Positions 32,135 through 42,919 of a DNA stretch of 56,366 nucleotides are shown one piece after another. The position numbers and the translations under genes are program-made. Origin of the DNA: Aquificaceae bacterium. GTDB taxonomy: Bacteria; Aquificota; Aquificia; Aquificales; Aquificaceae. The notes below the pieces were generated by a model, which saw only the letters and a program-made list of their open reading frames with translations, did no database searches and was not told where the DNA came from. Within the stretch, counting starts at the first letter, position 1. Every line of letters starts with the position of its first letter. The DNA is taken from the NCBI GenBank assembly GCA_037925805.1, contig JAXSOH010000001.1, positions 27,748-84,113 of the forward strand, read 5' to 3'.

Positions 32135-32569
32135 ATGTTTGACATTAAGCCAATTAGGGATCTTATGGAAGAGATAGCCAAGGAGATTTACAGCCATTTA
32201 GGGGCTGGATTTGATGAAAGCATATACCAGAGTGCTATGGCTTATGAACTAAGAGAAAGGGGCTTTCGCTTTCAAAGAGAGGTAAACATTGAGATATTCT
32301 ACAAGGGTATCCCTTTAGGGCTTGATAGACCAGATTTCATAATAAGACCCTGTCAGGTGAATGGCCTTCTAATCGAAAAACCCGTCATAATAGAGCTAAA
32401 AACCGTTGAAAAACTAAATGAAAGCCACAGAGCTCAGTTGAGGGCTTATTTAGTTTCCATAAAACATTCCTCTGATAGGGAACTTAGAAGCTGCCAGTCG
32501 GGTTTGCTTATAAACTTTCCAAAGAAGAATGGACAACCAGAGATTGAGCCTCTTATCTTACATACCTAA
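32135..32569 (+). CDS. GxxExxY family protein (PD-(D/E)xK-like)
   Basis: [33 protein letters not shown]. Confidence 0.88.
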   Translation: MFDIKPIRDLMEEIAKEIYSHLGAGFDESIYQSAMAYELRERGFRFQREVNIEIFYKGIPLGLDRPDFIIRPCQVNGLLIEKPVIIELKTVEKLNESHRAQLRAYLVSIKHSSDRELRSCQSGLLINFPKKNGQPEIEPLILHT

Positions 32570-33725
32570 GTATACTCATATCCTTCTGCTCTGCTATTAT
32601 CCTCATAAGGGCTTCGTAGGCAATCCTGTAGCGAGTATAGTCCATTATACTTTGAGACAGCTCCGCATCCTCAAGTTCGGATTTCTGTTTATTCAGGTTG
32701 TCACTGAAATTTTCCTGCACAGGTTGGAGGTTCTTGACTTGAGAAAGGGAGGCACCTACCTGAGACCTTCTGTATGAAATCCTCTCAAAAGCTCTCTGGA
32801 GTATAGCAAGGTCTGTATCATCGGGATGAATACCGTTGGAAAGTTTCTGTCCTATGTCTCTAACAACCTGAAGCACATTAGGAGAGTTAAAGTCTACTTG
32901 ACCTAAATCAAAGTCTCCGCCTGTAGTATCTGATACTGATATTTCTTTGCTTACCTCCGTTGGTATCAATACCAATGAATACGTACCGCTTGAGGTCTGA
33001 GCTATCCTAGCGTTCACAAGATTGGAATAGTTGGAGTTTATAAAGTTAGTAAGGTCGTTAAGAGTTTGAGTGGTAGAATAACTCACATTTATGTTACTTG
33101 CTCCTATACTTATTGCCAAAGTTCCTGCAGTATTGAAGTTTGTTCCCGGACTTGCAAAACTGGCAATGGATACAGCAACGTTTACGCCAAAAACCTGATC
33201 ACCTCTGAGAAAGGTATCAACTCTGTAATTATCGGAAAGCCACACGCTAAAGTTTTCTGCTGAGGCTTCGTACCGAAGTGTGTTTTCGTCAAAGGGTTTT
33301 TGGGTCAAGCTTGCTCCGCCAAAGATGTAGTTTTCTCCAAGCCTTTCGTTGGCTCTGTCAATCAATGTTTTTAGACCTGCATTGAAGAAGTTTCCTATAG
33401 ACACGAGCTGGTCTGGTTGTATTATCTGGTTTTTTGCCTGTATTGCCCGTGCATAAAGTTGGTTGAGAGTATCCGTGATTTTTTCCAAATTGAAATCCGC
33501 ATAGCTCAGAGCAGTGTCCGCAAAAAGCCTATTTTTTGAATATTGAGAAAGCTGAGAAATATCCTTTTTAAGCTCAAGCACATTGTATGTGCTGGACGGA
33601 TTATCGGAGATATTCCTATACTTCCTGCCCGTGGATATCTCCAAAGATTTCTCTGCGAGCTGTCTCCTTATTCTTGCATCTTGTTCCTGAAAGAGAGAAA
33701 AAAGAAAATTATCTGGCACTTTCAT
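32553..33725 (-). CDS. flgL: Flagellar hook-associated protein 3
   Basis: ISTGRK...SDNP, YIFGG, flagellin-like termini; follows flgK. Confidence 0.85.
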   Translation of the reverse strand: MKVPDNFLFSLFQEQDARIRRQLAEKSLEISTGRKYRNISDNPSSTYNVLELKKDISQLSQYSKNRLFADTALSYADFNLEKITDTLNQLYARAIQAKNQIIQPDQLVSIGNFFNAGLKTLIDRANERLGENYIFGGASLTQKPFDENTLRYEASAENFSVWLSDNYRVDTFLRGDQVFGVNVAVSIASFASPGTNFNTAGTLAISIGASNINVSYSTTQTLNDLTNFINSNYSNLVNARIAQTSSGTYSLVLIPTEVSKEISVSDTTGGDFDLGQVDFNSPNVLQVVRDIGQKLSNGIHPDDTDLAILQRAFERISYRRSQVGASLSQVKNLQPVQENFSDNLNKQKSELEDAELSQSIMDYTRYRIAYEALMRIIAEQKDMSILRYVR

Positions 33726-33736
33726 GGCTTTTCACC

Positions 33737-35308
33737 TCACAACATATTTAATGTAGCCTGTAGCATCTCATCCATGGCATTTATAGTTCTTGCTAAGGCT
33801 TCGTAGCTTCTTTGTACCTTCATAAGCTCAATAAATTCATTATCCACAGAAACACCTTGCATTTCCTGAATCCTTGTGTTCAGAGAGTTAAGAAGGGCAC
33901 TCTCTATATCATATTTAGTTCTTAGGTCTCTCTGTCTTGAGGCTACACTGTCCACAATCTGATTGTATAATGTCTTTGAACCTTCCCACCAACTTCTTGA
34001 AAAATCCATAAACTCATCCACCCTTTCGTAGTCAAGGTTTTGTATGTAGTTATTTATGTTTGAATTTAGAGCCATGTCGCTAATAGCCGTCCCAGTAAAG
34101 AGAGGCTCAGACCTGTGTATGAGGTTATTACTGTCTTCTATGGTGTAAGATGGGTCGTTGGCAGTTATACGCATAGTGTAAGTGCCATCGGGGTTCTGGA
34201 TAAGACTTGCAGAAAAGCTACCGCTAAGCGTTGGGTCTGTGTTTATAGTGTTTATGATATCGTTTAGGCTATCTGTGGATGAATAGTTAAGAACTACAGG
34301 ACCACCAGGGAAGTTAAAGGTTATACTTCCAGAAAAGCCAAGGCCTACGTTTGGGTCGCTAAGGTTTCTTAGCCAAAACCAGTTGTTTGTTGCCTGACTA
34401 TTGAGAGGCAGTTTTACCTCGCTTATGAGCCTTCTGGAAAGCCCCTCAAGCTGGTTTACATAACCCGAAAGGTCTTGCTGAAAGTCCAAAAGCCCTCTAA
34501 CTTTACCACCGGTTATAAGACCGCTTATATCAATTTCTGAGCCATCCTTTGACTTCCACAAAATTCTTCTGTTGCCTGCATCGTATTTAAGCTCCCAGTT
34601 GTAGCGGTCCTCTACAAGCACAAAGCCTTGGCTGGTTTCTACCCTAACCCTGCCTATATCATCCTCCTGAACCTGTATGTTTATTAGCTCTGACAGTTCC
34701 CTGAGGTAGCTGTCCCTTTCGTCAAGTAGGTTTCTGTAGTCCTTACCCCTTGAGTAGGTCTGAGCGTAGCCAGTGAGTATATCTTGGTTTATCTGAGCGA
34801 TCTTCTTTGACAGGGTGTTTATCTTGTTTATGTATTGCCTCATGTCGTAGTCTGTGCCAGCAAGGATACGGTCTAAATCTCTTTTTCTGTCTTTCATATA
34901 GGATATTAAACCCTGAGCGGAATTTATAAACTCACTTCTTGCACCTTGATTTGTTGGCTCTTTCATAAGGTTCTGATAGGATTCAAAGAAACGGTTCACA
35001 TACTCGCTTCCACCAAGCCCTTGAGTAAATTCCTGAAAAAGACTTTCTACCTGAGAATTGCCTTTTATCGTAGTATCAAGAGAAGAAACAAGAGAAAGTT
35101 TTTGATTTCTCAGAGACATGTAGTAGAAATTCTGATTTCTTATTACATCTTCAAGTCTTACACCTACGGGAGCAAAACTCTTTACAAGAGGGTCCTCTTG
35201 GGCATAGTCAGGGTTGTTGGCATTAATTATATTTCTGTTCCTTATGTCCGCAGACTTTCTAAAAAGCTCAAGCCCCTGAGCAACTATACCAAAGGTAGCA
35301 CCAAACAT
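33737..35308 (-). CDS. flgK: Flagellar hook-associated protein 1
   Basis: NIINANNPDY, LLDERD, GVSVDNE..LM..QRSYEA. Confidence 0.9.
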   Translation of the reverse strand: MFGATFGIVAQGLELFRKSADIRNRNIINANNPDYAQEDPLVKSFAPVGVRLEDVIRNQNFYYMSLRNQKLSLVSSLDTTIKGNSQVESLFQEFTQGLGGSEYVNRFFESYQNLMKEPTNQGARSEFINSAQGLISYMKDRKRDLDRILAGTDYDMRQYINKINTLSKKIAQINQDILTGYAQTYSRGKDYRNLLDERDSYLRELSELINIQVQEDDIGRVRVETSQGFVLVEDRYNWELKYDAGNRRILWKSKDGSEIDISGLITGGKVRGLLDFQQDLSGYVNQLEGLSRRLISEVKLPLNSQATNNWFWLRNLSDPNVGLGFSGSITFNFPGGPVVLNYSSTDSLNDIINTINTDPTLSGSFSASLIQNPDGTYTMRITANDPSYTIEDSNNLIHRSEPLFTGTAISDMALNSNINNYIQNLDYERVDEFMDFSRSWWEGSKTLYNQIVDSVASRQRDLRTKYDIESALLNSLNTRIQEMQGVSVDNEFIELMKVQRSYEALARTINAMDEMLQATLNML

Positions 35309-35359
35309 ACCATCCTCCCATTTAATAGTATCGTAAAATATAAGCTAAAGTTTAGCAAC

Positions 35360-36151
35360 CTAATGCCGTGGCACATAGACTTCTTCCCTTATCTTTATAA
35401 GGTCGTGCCTTCTTCCTGTATCTTCAAGAAGAGTTTCCTCAGAGGTCATCTCCTCTCTTAACTTTTCTGCAAGCTCAAGGGCACTTTTGGGGACTTCATT
35501 GCAAACCTCAAGGTCAAAGTCCTTAGAGAACTCTTCAAGGAGCACCCATGCGACCTCTTGTGAGCTAAAGCTTCTGTCTAACTCCCTCTCTAACCACGAT
35601 AGGTTTTCCCAAAGGCTTTGCCTGACCTTTTCCCTTATGTGTTTGTTTGGAAGATTAAAAAGCTCCGCCATAAGGTCTGGGTCAAACCTTAGGAGGATAT
35701 TTCCCACGAAGACAAAAAACTTCCCTATATCTCCAGCACCCTGACCGCTTATCTTTCTTTGAGATGACTTGACCACAAGGTCGTTTATGGGTTTGTATTC
35801 CACCTCAAGCCCAAGCCTTGCGTAAGCCCTTATAATGGGTTGTGAGAGTTTTCTGTAAGCATCTTCAACCTTGAAGGGAACCATTCCCTTGGGAAGTATA
35901 AGCTGATAGAAAACCTGACCTGGCGATAGCAGAACCGCACCGCCACCCGTTTGCCTTCTTATAAGACCTATGCCTAAATCCTTGCATTTTTTAAGGTCAA
36001 TAAGCTCATAAGCTCTGTCAAAGTAGCCAAAGCTTATATATGTATCCTCTGGTTCACAAATTATCAGCCCCTCATATCCTTGCTCTGCCATAGCATGGAA
36101 AAGGGTGGTTGAGAGCATGCGCGGAAGTTTGCCAAGAGGATAAGCCTTCAT
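35360..36151 (-). CDS. Lipoate-protein ligase A family, catalytic domain only
   Basis: RRQTGGGAV, ND, RKISG motifs. Confidence 0.85.
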   Translation of the reverse strand: MKAYPLGKLPRMLSTTLFHAMAEQGYEGLIICEPEDTYISFGYFDRAYELIDLKKCKDLGIGLIRRQTGGGAVLLSPGQVFYQLILPKGMVPFKVEDAYRKLSQPIIRAYARLGLEVEYKPINDLVVKSSQRKISGQGAGDIGKFFVFVGNILLRFDPDLMAELFNLPNKHIREKVRQSLWENLSWLERELDRSFSSQEVAWVLLEEFSKDFDLEVCNEVPKSALELAEKLREEMTSEETLLEDTGRRHDLIKIREEVYVPRH

Positions 36152-36168
36152 GGTATAATTTTAACGCT

Positions 36169-36570
36169 ATGATAAAGGTAGAAATAGTCACACCACAGGG
36201 GCTTCATTTTTCAAAAGAGGTGAATTCTGTAAACATACCCACTGAAGAGGGCGAGATAGGCGTTCTTGAAAAGCACATATATCTTATGACCATGCTAAAG
36301 CCAGGGCTTGTATACTTTGATGGCAAGCAAGAGAACGGTATCGCAGTAACCTATGGCTTTGTGGACGTAACACCTGAAAAGGTCATAATCCTTACAGAAG
36401 AAGCCTACAACATAGGAGATATTGACCCTGGCAAGGAGAAGGAGCTCTTTGACCAAGCAATGAAAAGGTTAGCGACCGCACAAACTATGGAAGAGATACA
36501 AGAACTGGAAAAAGCCAAAGAAAGGGCAAGAACTCTGCTCGAACTTTTTGAACGGCTTGGAAGAACCTAA
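36169..36570 (+). CDS. atpC: F1 ATP synthase epsilon subunit
   Basis: EIVTP, GEIGVLEKH, GFVDV, C-terminal helical hairpin; true start at 36169. Confidence 0.92.
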   Translation: MIKVEIVTPQGLHFSKEVNSVNIPTEEGEIGVLEKHIYLMTMLKPGLVYFDGKQENGIAVTYGFVDVTPEKVIILTEEAYNIGDIDPGKEKELFDQAMKRLATAQTMEEIQELEKAKERARTLLELFERLGRT

Positions 36571-37261
36571 GGAGTTTGATTTTTTCAGAGGAAAGGTAAG
36601 GCTCAAACAGCCAAAAGCACACAGGCTGTCTATAGTAGAGATCCTATTTGTGGCAAACCTCAAAGGCATAAGAAAAAGCTCAAAGGTTCTTGATCTTGGT
36701 GCAGGCTTTGGCACTCTTTCCATACTTATCTCTCTAAAGCACTCCTGCCAAGTCTGGGCTATGGAAAGAGACCCCTTGATGCTTCATCTTCTCAGAGAGA
36801 ATATAAAGCTCAACAAACTTGAGGGGAAAATCCATGTTATCGACCTTGACCTCAAAACTGCACAGAATTACCTAAAGGCTCAGAGTTTTGATGTGGTGGT
36901 CGTTAATCCGCCTTTTTATAAAGGCTATAATCCAGCAAATGCTTATCATCATGAAACAGATACAAGTCTTGAAGATTTTGTAAAAACAGGTAGTTTTTTA
37001 CTTAGAGATGGAGGGCATTTCAACCTTTTGATAGCTTCATATCGTCTTGTGGAAGCCATAATATATATGAAAGATTACAGAATAGAAGTAGAATCCTTAA
37101 GGTTTTTTCACTCAAAGCTACAGAAAAACGCAAAAATAGTATGTATACATGGGCTGAAAAATTTAAAACCCTTACCATTTATTGAAAAACCTCTTGTAAT
37201 TAACGAAGAGAGCGGTGAATACACGCAGGAAGTCAAAAGCCTTCTTGAGAGTTTCCTATGA
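36548..37261 (+). CDS. SAM-dependent methyltransferase (tRNA m6A37 YfiC/TrmN6-like)
   Basis: VLDLGAGFG, NPPF motifs. Confidence 0.8.
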   Translation: MNGLEEPKEFDFFRGKVRLKQPKAHRLSIVEILFVANLKGIRKSSKVLDLGAGFGTLSILISLKHSCQVWAMERDPLMLHLLRENIKLNKLEGKIHVIDLDLKTAQNYLKAQSFDVVVVNPPFYKGYNPANAYHHETDTSLEDFVKTGSFLLRDGGHFNLLIASYRLVEAIIYMKDYRIEVESLRFFHSKLQKNAKIVCIHGLKNLKPLPFIEKPLVINEESGEYTQEVKSLLESFL

Positions 37262-37290
37262 TATAATTGATAGAATTTAGGAGGCGGTGT

Positions 37291-37842
37291 ATGAGGCTAC
37301 CTGAAAAACTTGTGGAGAGGATAGCGGACAGAATAATAAAGGAGCTTTTTGAGAACGAAAGGATAATAGAACCAGAGGACCCCTACACCTTTAGGAAAAA
37401 GGTAATAGCCATATTCAAAGAGGCAGAAGAACAAGAGAGAGTGCTTGATGAAAAGACAAAAGAGATACTCAAGGAAAAGTTAGAGCTTCTTGAAGAGACA
37501 AGCCTTGACTACAGAACCGCCTATAAAACTGTCAGGAGCAAGCTTGCAGAGGAGATGAACATACACACCTCAAGAAGGGAGAGGATGAACCAGATAGCCC
37601 ATAGAATAAGAGACATGATAATGGAAGATCCTCAGGTGGAGATATACGAAGAACCAAACGTAATAAGAAACAGGATAAGGGAAATACTTATGGAGGCGGT
37701 TAGAGAAGAGGAAGAGATAGACAAAGAGGTAAGAGAGAGGATAAGGTCTTATTCAAAGAGGATAGTGGAAGGCACCCCCGAGTGGAACCACCTATACAAG
37801 AGAATATACGAGGATGCTCTAAAGAGGAGAGGTCTACTCTAA
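37291..37842 (+). CDS. DUF507-family protein
   Basis: Acidic helical protein ending GTPEW..LY...YE..L.RRG; SD AGGAGG before ATG at 37291. Confidence 0.7.
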   Translation: MRLPEKLVERIADRIIKELFENERIIEPEDPYTFRKKVIAIFKEAEEQERVLDEKTKEILKEKLELLEETSLDYRTAYKTVRSKLAEEMNIHTSRRERMNQIAHRIRDMIMEDPQVEIYEEPNVIRNRIREILMEAVREEEEIDKEVRERIRSYSKRIVEGTPEWNHLYKRIYEDALKRRGLL

Positions 37843-38441
37843 GGTAGGTAGGCTATTGGGTTTTGTCTTATGCCATATTTCAGAACCTCGTAGTGCAGAT
37901 GTGGACCAAAAGCCCTACCAGTAGTGCCTATGTTTCCTATTATCTGACCCTTTACAACCCTGTCTGAATAAGAAACCTTTATGTCTGATAGGTGTGAGTA
38001 TAGGGTTGCAAAACCATAACCATGGTAGATGATAACTGTTTTGCCATAGCCTCTTATCCATCCTGCGTATATTACCCTGCCGTCAGAGGAGGAAACCACA
38101 GGTGTTCCATAGGGTGCAGATATGTCTATGCCAGTGTGAAATTCTCTTCTTCTTCCCATGGTTCTCCAACCGTAGTCTGAGGTTATAACACCCACCACTG
38201 GCCATATGTCTGGCTTGACTGTTTCTATAGTTTTAACATTGAGAAGCTCTTTCATGGCTTCTTCCACGGATATCTCTATCGCTAAGACCTTACTGACCGT
38301 GTCTACGTCAAAAATTTCCTCATTTGGCTCATTGTTCTGGTATGAGACCTCTGAAGGCCCACCCATGCCTAAGGGAGACGCATCCATTATGGGCTTGCAG
38401 AGAGCTCCCACCAGAGCAAAGGCAAGGACAAACTTCTTCAT
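37839..38441 (-). CDS. M23-family metalloendopeptidase
   Basis: HTGID, YSHL, GPHLHYEV. Confidence 0.92.
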   Translation of the reverse strand: MKKFVLAFALVGALCKPIMDASPLGMGGPSEVSYQNNEPNEEIFDVDTVSKVLAIEISVEEAMKELLNVKTIETVKPDIWPVVGVITSDYGWRTMGRRREFHTGIDISAPYGTPVVSSSDGRVIYAGWIRGYGKTVIIYHGYGFATLYSHLSDIKVSYSDRVVKGQIIGNIGTTGRAFGPHLHYEVLKYGIRQNPIAYLP

Positions 38442-38525
38442 GGCACTACCTCCCTAAAGGAGTTTCCAAAACTCTACCATAGAGTTGCAAAGATTGTCAA
38501 GAGGTTTTATAATATTTTTTCTGTA

Positions 38526-38597
38526 GGGTGCGTAGCTCAATGGCAGAGCGGGCGGCTCATAACCGCCCGGTTGGGGGTTCGAGTCCTCCCGCACCCA
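38526..38597 (+). tRNA. tRNA with CAT anticodon (probably Ile2/lysidine; elongator Met not excluded)
   Basis: GGGTGCG acceptor stem, GGCGG-CTCATAA-CCGCC anticodon arm, GGTTCGAGTCC. Paired 1-72, so not an initiator; the C29:G41 pair favours Ile2. Confidence 0.9.
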
Positions 38598-39074
38598 TTA
38601 GTTTATAAATTTTCCAAGCACATCACCAAAGAAAACAAATATACCTATCCTAATAGCTCTTGCAATGAGACTTGCCAAAATAAAGCTCCAAATTGGCATA
38701 TGAAAGAGCCCTGCGATCCAACATACAAGCTTATAGGGTTCTCCTATTAGCACTGCCCAAAAGCCGTATCTATTAAAGAGAGCTTCTCCCTTAAGGTAAA
38801 GTCTCTGACCAAAGACCTTTCTTACAAAGGCTTCTCCCAGAACTCTTGCAAGGTAGTAAGCTACAAGAGCACCCAGTATATTTCCCACAAAAGCTACAAG
38901 CCCTGCTGTGTATGGACTTAGCTTAAAGAGAGGAGCACTCACTATAAAGGGATAGGGTGGCACTGGTTGTATGACGGATTCTGTAAAGGAAAGGATAAAA
39001 AGTGCTGTATAACCATGTTCTTGCACAAACACCTCCGCCCATTGCTTTAACCCAGGGAATAACTGCTCTAACAC
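38598..39074 (-). CDS. DedA/YqaA (VTT domain) membrane protein
   Basis: SFTESVIQPVPP, PYKL, hydrophobic segments. Confidence 0.82.
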   Translation of the reverse strand: MLEQLFPGLKQWAEVFVQEHGYTALFILSFTESVIQPVPPYPFIVSAPLFKLSPYTAGLVAFVGNILGALVAYYLARVLGEAFVRKVFGQRLYLKGEALFNRYGFWAVLIGEPYKLVCWIAGLFHMPIWSFILASLIARAIRIGIFVFFGDVLGKFIN

Positions 39075-39829
39075 TAAAGTGCTACCTCCATAAAGTCTTT
39101 GGCAGAGATCACTGGTATTCCATATTTTTGAGAGAGCTCTTCCGCAACCTTTTCTGGGTCATGCTGTAAAAGAAATTCATATCCGAAGTGGGTTAGTATA
39201 ACCTTCTTAGGTTTTAAGCCAATAATTAACTTCTCCGCATCTTCAACTGTGAGGTGGTCTATGGGTTTTGTTTTCCTATATAAGGTTGTGTTTACTATCA
39301 TCAAATCTACATTAGGAGGATACATTCTTAACATTTTATCCTCATAGAGAGCACAGGAAACATACAGGATTCTATCGTTAAAGAGCAAGGCATAGGTCTC
39401 TGCACCATGATGAGTATGTTTCATTACAGCTTTTACACTCACTGACTTGTAGGATAGCACTTCACCCTCTTTTAGAAAACCTTCTAAGGCAAGCCTTTCT
39501 CTTATAAAGGGCAGAACCACTCTTTGATGCCCTTCAAAGGCAGAGCGTGGAGCAAACAGGGACACATGCCTTATCTTTCCTCCGTCGGTAGCAGACTCTA
39601 TCACAGAATTAACGTCTGAGGAATGGTCAAGGTGTATATGAGACAAGACCACCAGGTCTATACTTTTTGGGTCTATACCAAGTTGGTGAAGATATACAAA
39701 AGCACCAGGGCCTGGGTCTACGTGCACCAGTGAGCCAGATAAAAAAAGGAGAAAGCCTCCAGACCTTCTCAAAAATCTAAAAACGCTTGCTCTACCGCCT
39801 GCGGTTCCCAGAAAAAGTATCTTATCCAA
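39074..39829 (-). CDS. Metallo-beta-lactamase fold hydrolase
   Basis: FLGTAGG, DPGPG, SHIHLDH, LTHF. Confidence 0.88.
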   Translation of the reverse strand: MDKILFLGTAGGRASVFRFLRRSGGFLLFLSGSLVHVDPGPGAFVYLHQLGIDPKSIDLVVLSHIHLDHSSDVNSVIESATDGGKIRHVSLFAPRSAFEGHQRVVLPFIRERLALEGFLKEGEVLSYKSVSVKAVMKHTHHGAETYALLFNDRILYVSCALYEDKMLRMYPPNVDLMIVNTTLYRKTKPIDHLTVEDAEKLIIGLKPKKVILTHFGYEFLLQHDPEKVAEELSQKYGIPVISAKDFMEVAL

Positions 39830-39830
39830 C

Positions 39831-40019
39831 TCAGTATAGAATTATAGAGCCACTGGGGCAGTCCTCTGCTGTTTGCAGAAGCTCTTCGTAAATCCTTTCA
39901 ATAGGAGCTCTTATCATAACAAGGGGGATGCCATCCCCCCTGTCTACGAAAACTTCTGGTAGCCTATCGTAGCAAAGCTCACAGGCAGTGCATGTATCTA
40001 TGTCAATCCTTATGCTTAT
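39831..40019 (-). CDS. 4Fe-4S ferredoxin, second of a tandem pair (start codon uncertain, possibly ATA)
   Basis: CTACELC...CPSG; paralogous to the upstream ferredoxin; no ATG/GTG/TTG at the homologous start. Confidence 0.8.
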   Translation of the reverse strand: MSIRIDIDTCTACELCYDRLPEVFVDRGDGIPLVMIRAPIERIYEELLQTAEDCPSGSIILY

Positions 40020-40234
40020 GCTTCCTCTGTTATGATGGACCCACTGGGGCATTCGTCAGCAACCTCTTTGACCTCACTTTCAAGCTCTGCTGGAACTGTC
40101 ATCCATCCGTCAGCTCCAGGGCTTACTACCTCTGCTATTCCATCGCCTCTGTTTTTGTAAACCTCTGGCACTCTGTCATAGCAGAGCTCGCATGAGGTAC
40201 AGGTATCTGGGTCAACTTTGGTCTTCAGAGCCAT
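40016..40234 (-). CDS. 4Fe-4S ferredoxin, first of a tandem pair
   Basis: CTSCELC...CPSG; SD AAGGAGGT. Confidence 0.93.
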   Translation of the reverse strand: MALKTKVDPDTCTSCELCYDRVPEVYKNRGDGIAEVVSPGADGWMTVPAELESEVKEVADECPSGSIITEEA

Positions 40235-40303
40235 ATTAACACCTCCTTAAAAGTTTGGGTTTATAAAATATATCACAGGTTTAGTTTATCAACATATATT
40301 TAA

Positions 40304-41185
40304 TCATATCTTTTCGATAGCCTCCGCTACAGTTTTCCCTATAAAGGCAGGGTTCTCTATCACCGTCACGCCTGCATCTCTAAGTGCTTGCATTTTTGCT
40401 TGAGCTGTGCCTTTGCCTCCACTTATTATAGCACCTGCATGTCCCATACGCCTTCCCGGTGGTGCGGTTATACCCGCAATATAGGCAAAGACTGGCTTTT
40501 TCACGTGCTCTTTTATATACTCTGCCGCCTCCTCTTCCGCGGTTCCCCCTATTTCTCCTATCATAAGTATAGCCTCTGTTTCTGGGTCTTGGTTAAACAT
40601 GGCTATAACTTCTTTGTGAGAAAGTCCATGAACTGGGTCTCCACCTATTCCCACCGCGGTGGACTGTCCAAGTCCAAACTGTGTGAGCTGATAGGATGCC
40701 TCGTAGGTAAGCGTCCCACTTCTTGAAACTATGCCTATAGAACCTTTCTTGAAGATATGCCCTGGCATTATACCCACCTTTGCCTCGCCTGGGGTTATCA
40801 CTCCCGGACAGTTTGGACCTATGAGCTTGGCGTTGGGGTAGTTTTTCTTCATGTAGTCCTTTACCATCATCATATCTCTTACCGGTATACCCTCCGTGAT
40901 ACATACCACGAGCTCTATGCCTGCATCAAGAGCTTCCACTATGGCATCTCCTGCAAAGGCTGGTGGGACAAAGATGAGAGAGCAGTTAGCGGATGTTTCT
41001 CTGACAGCCTCTTCCACGGTGTTGAAAACGGGTATACCTTCTACAGACTGACCCCCTTTGCCGGGCGTAACGCCTGCCACCACTTGAGTGCCATAGGCTT
41101 TGCATTGGGTAGCATGGAAAGAGCCTTCTTTTCCTGTTATACCTTGGACTACTACTTTTGTGTTTTTGTCTACAAGGATTGACAT
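40304..41185 (-). CDS. sucD: Succinyl-CoA synthetase alpha subunit
   Basis: [29 protein letters not shown] (phospho-His). Confidence 0.95.
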   Translation of the reverse strand: MSILVDKNTKVVVQGITGKEGSFHATQCKAYGTQVVAGVTPGKGGQSVEGIPVFNTVEEAVRETSANCSLIFVPPAFAGDAIVEALDAGIELVVCITEGIPVRDMMMVKDYMKKNYPNAKLIGPNCPGVITPGEAKVGIMPGHIFKKGSIGIVSRSGTLTYEASYQLTQFGLGQSTAVGIGGDPVHGLSHKEVIAMFNQDPETEAILMIGEIGGTAEEEAAEYIKEHVKKPVFAYIAGITAPPGRRMGHAGAIISGGKGTAQAKMQALRDAGVTVIENPAFIGKTVAEAIEKI

Positions 41186-41187
41186 GA

Positions 41188-42108
41188 CTAAACCTCCTCA
41201 AAAAAGTTTTCATCTATGGCTTTTATCTCATAGGTGTATTTAACATATACGCCTACGTTGTGTTCTATCATCAAATTTACTAATCTCTTGCCATCTATAA
41301 GCACTATCTTCATACCACTTGCCCTTATTCTTTCTACTGCTATCTCAGCGTCTCTTGAAAAGTTTGATGTGGTTATTATAACACCTGACGAAGCACCTTT
41401 TCCCGTAAGAGTACCTATAAAAGTATTAATAACTTCTACCCCAACTGTGCTTTTCCATCTTTTAGCTTGGATGTATATCTCATCAAAGCCAAACTTATCT
41501 GCCTTAATTACACCATCTATGCCTTCATCTTTTGTTTTTTGAGTAGTTTCAGGCTCTCCATATCCCATTTTCTTAAGTAATTCCAGAACCAGCACCTCAA
41601 ATTTATATGGGTCTATATTTTTGAGTCTCTCAATAAGTTCATTTTCCAGCTCCGTCTTCATATCCTTTTGTAGTTTCTCTAAAATCTCCTCTTTTGGTAA
41701 GTATACTGTTTCACTTTCAAATCTATTTATTTCCTGCGAGGTTTCTTTTAAGTCAGGTTTCTTATTCTCAATCCATTCCTTATATTCAGGGTATCTCTCA
41801 AGATATTTAAGGTCTATGGGCATATCCCTGAGGGCCTTCTTACCTTCTTCGCTTATTATATAAACGCCTCTATCTTTCCTCTGTAGAAGACCTGCAACAT
41901 GCAGATGGGTTACAGCCCAGGCTATTCTGTTATCTAATGTTCTTTGACCACTTCTTAGTCTTTCTAATGCTTCATCTTCTGAAACTACTCCATTTTCAAG
42001 CAAATTTTTTCTTAGCTCTAAAATCAAATCTCTTAACCTATACTCTCTACCGTCACGAAATATATTCATCACATCGTTCAAAAGTTTCCTAACAGACGGA
42101 ATAGGCAT
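41188..42108 (-). CDS. mrr: Mrr-family (type IV) restriction endonuclease
   Basis: Mrr_N winged helix ([14 protein letters not shown]) plus catalytic DEGIDG...YIQAKRW, ITTSNFS, LIDG. Confidence 0.92.
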   Translation of the reverse strand: MPIPSVRKLLNDVMNIFRDGREYRLRDLILELRKNLLENGVVSEDEALERLRSGQRTLDNRIAWAVTHLHVAGLLQRKDRGVYIISEEGKKALRDMPIDLKYLERYPEYKEWIENKKPDLKETSQEINRFESETVYLPKEEILEKLQKDMKTELENELIERLKNIDPYKFEVLVLELLKKMGYGEPETTQKTKDEGIDGVIKADKFGFDEIYIQAKRWKSTVGVEVINTFIGTLTGKGASSGVIITTSNFSRDAEIAVERIRASGMKIVLIDGKRLVNLMIEHNVGVYVKYTYEIKAIDENFFEEV

Positions 42109-42919
42109 AGCTTATCTCCATTTTATTTAATCTCCCTACAGTCCATTTGATATATTCTCCCTTCTTTTCTATCATAGTCCACCTTCGACCAAGCACGCTT
42201 GCGGTATAGCCAGTAGTCCCAACTCCAGCCATAGGGTCTAAAATAAGGTCTCCCTCCCTTGTAGAGACAAGAATTATTCTTTTAAGAAGTTCAACGGGTT
42301 TTTGTGTGGGATGAACTTTTTTGCCCTTTCCGTCCTTTAGTCTTTCCTCCCCTGTGCATATGGGTATTCTCCACACATTCTCGTAAACCTTTCCAATGCC
42401 AAAGGCTTTTGCATATTCTTTGTTAAAGGTGTATTTTTTGACGCTTTTGTCCTTTACAGCCCATATAAGTGTTTCTGTGGCGTTTGTAAACCTCACTCCA
42501 AGCCAATTAGGCATAGGGTTAGTTTTTAGCCATATAACATCGTTTAATATCCAAAAGCCCATATCTTGCATTATCTTGCCCCAGCGGTGGATGTTATGGT
42601 ATGTTCCTATAACCCACAGAGTTGCGGTTTCTTTCATCACTCTTTTTACCCTTTGTAAAACCTCTTCCACAAAGCTATCATAGGCTTGGAAGTTTTCAAA
42701 GTTGTCCCACTCCTCACACACTCCGTTAACCTCTGTGCGAACGTTCCATCTCCTTAACTGCTTTTTTGGAAGCTGAAGAAAGTAAGGTGGGTCTATAAAA
42801 ACCATATCAAAAATACCATCTGGTAGCTTATCCATTACAGTTCTGCAGTCTCCGTGTATGAGAGTGTTTTCTGGGTTAGAGCCAGTAAAGTCTTCTTCCC
42901 TTACCACACTAAAGTCCAT
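42089..42919 (-). CDS. Beta-class N6-adenine DNA methyltransferase, CcrM/M.HinfI-like
   Basis: DPPY near the N-terminus, [33 protein letters not shown], motif [10 protein letters not shown]. Confidence 0.9.
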   Translation of the reverse strand: MDFSVVREEDFTGSNPENTLIHGDCRTVMDKLPDGIFDMVFIDPPYFLQLPKKQLRRWNVRTEVNGVCEEWDNFENFQAYDSFVEEVLQRVKRVMKETATLWVIGTYHNIHRWGKIMQDMGFWILNDVIWLKTNPMPNWLGVRFTNATETLIWAVKDKSVKKYTFNKEYAKAFGIGKVYENVWRIPICTGEERLKDGKGKKVHPTQKPVELLKRIILVSTREGDLILDPMAGVGTTGYTASVLGRRWTMIEKKGEYIKWTVGRLNKMEISYAYSVC

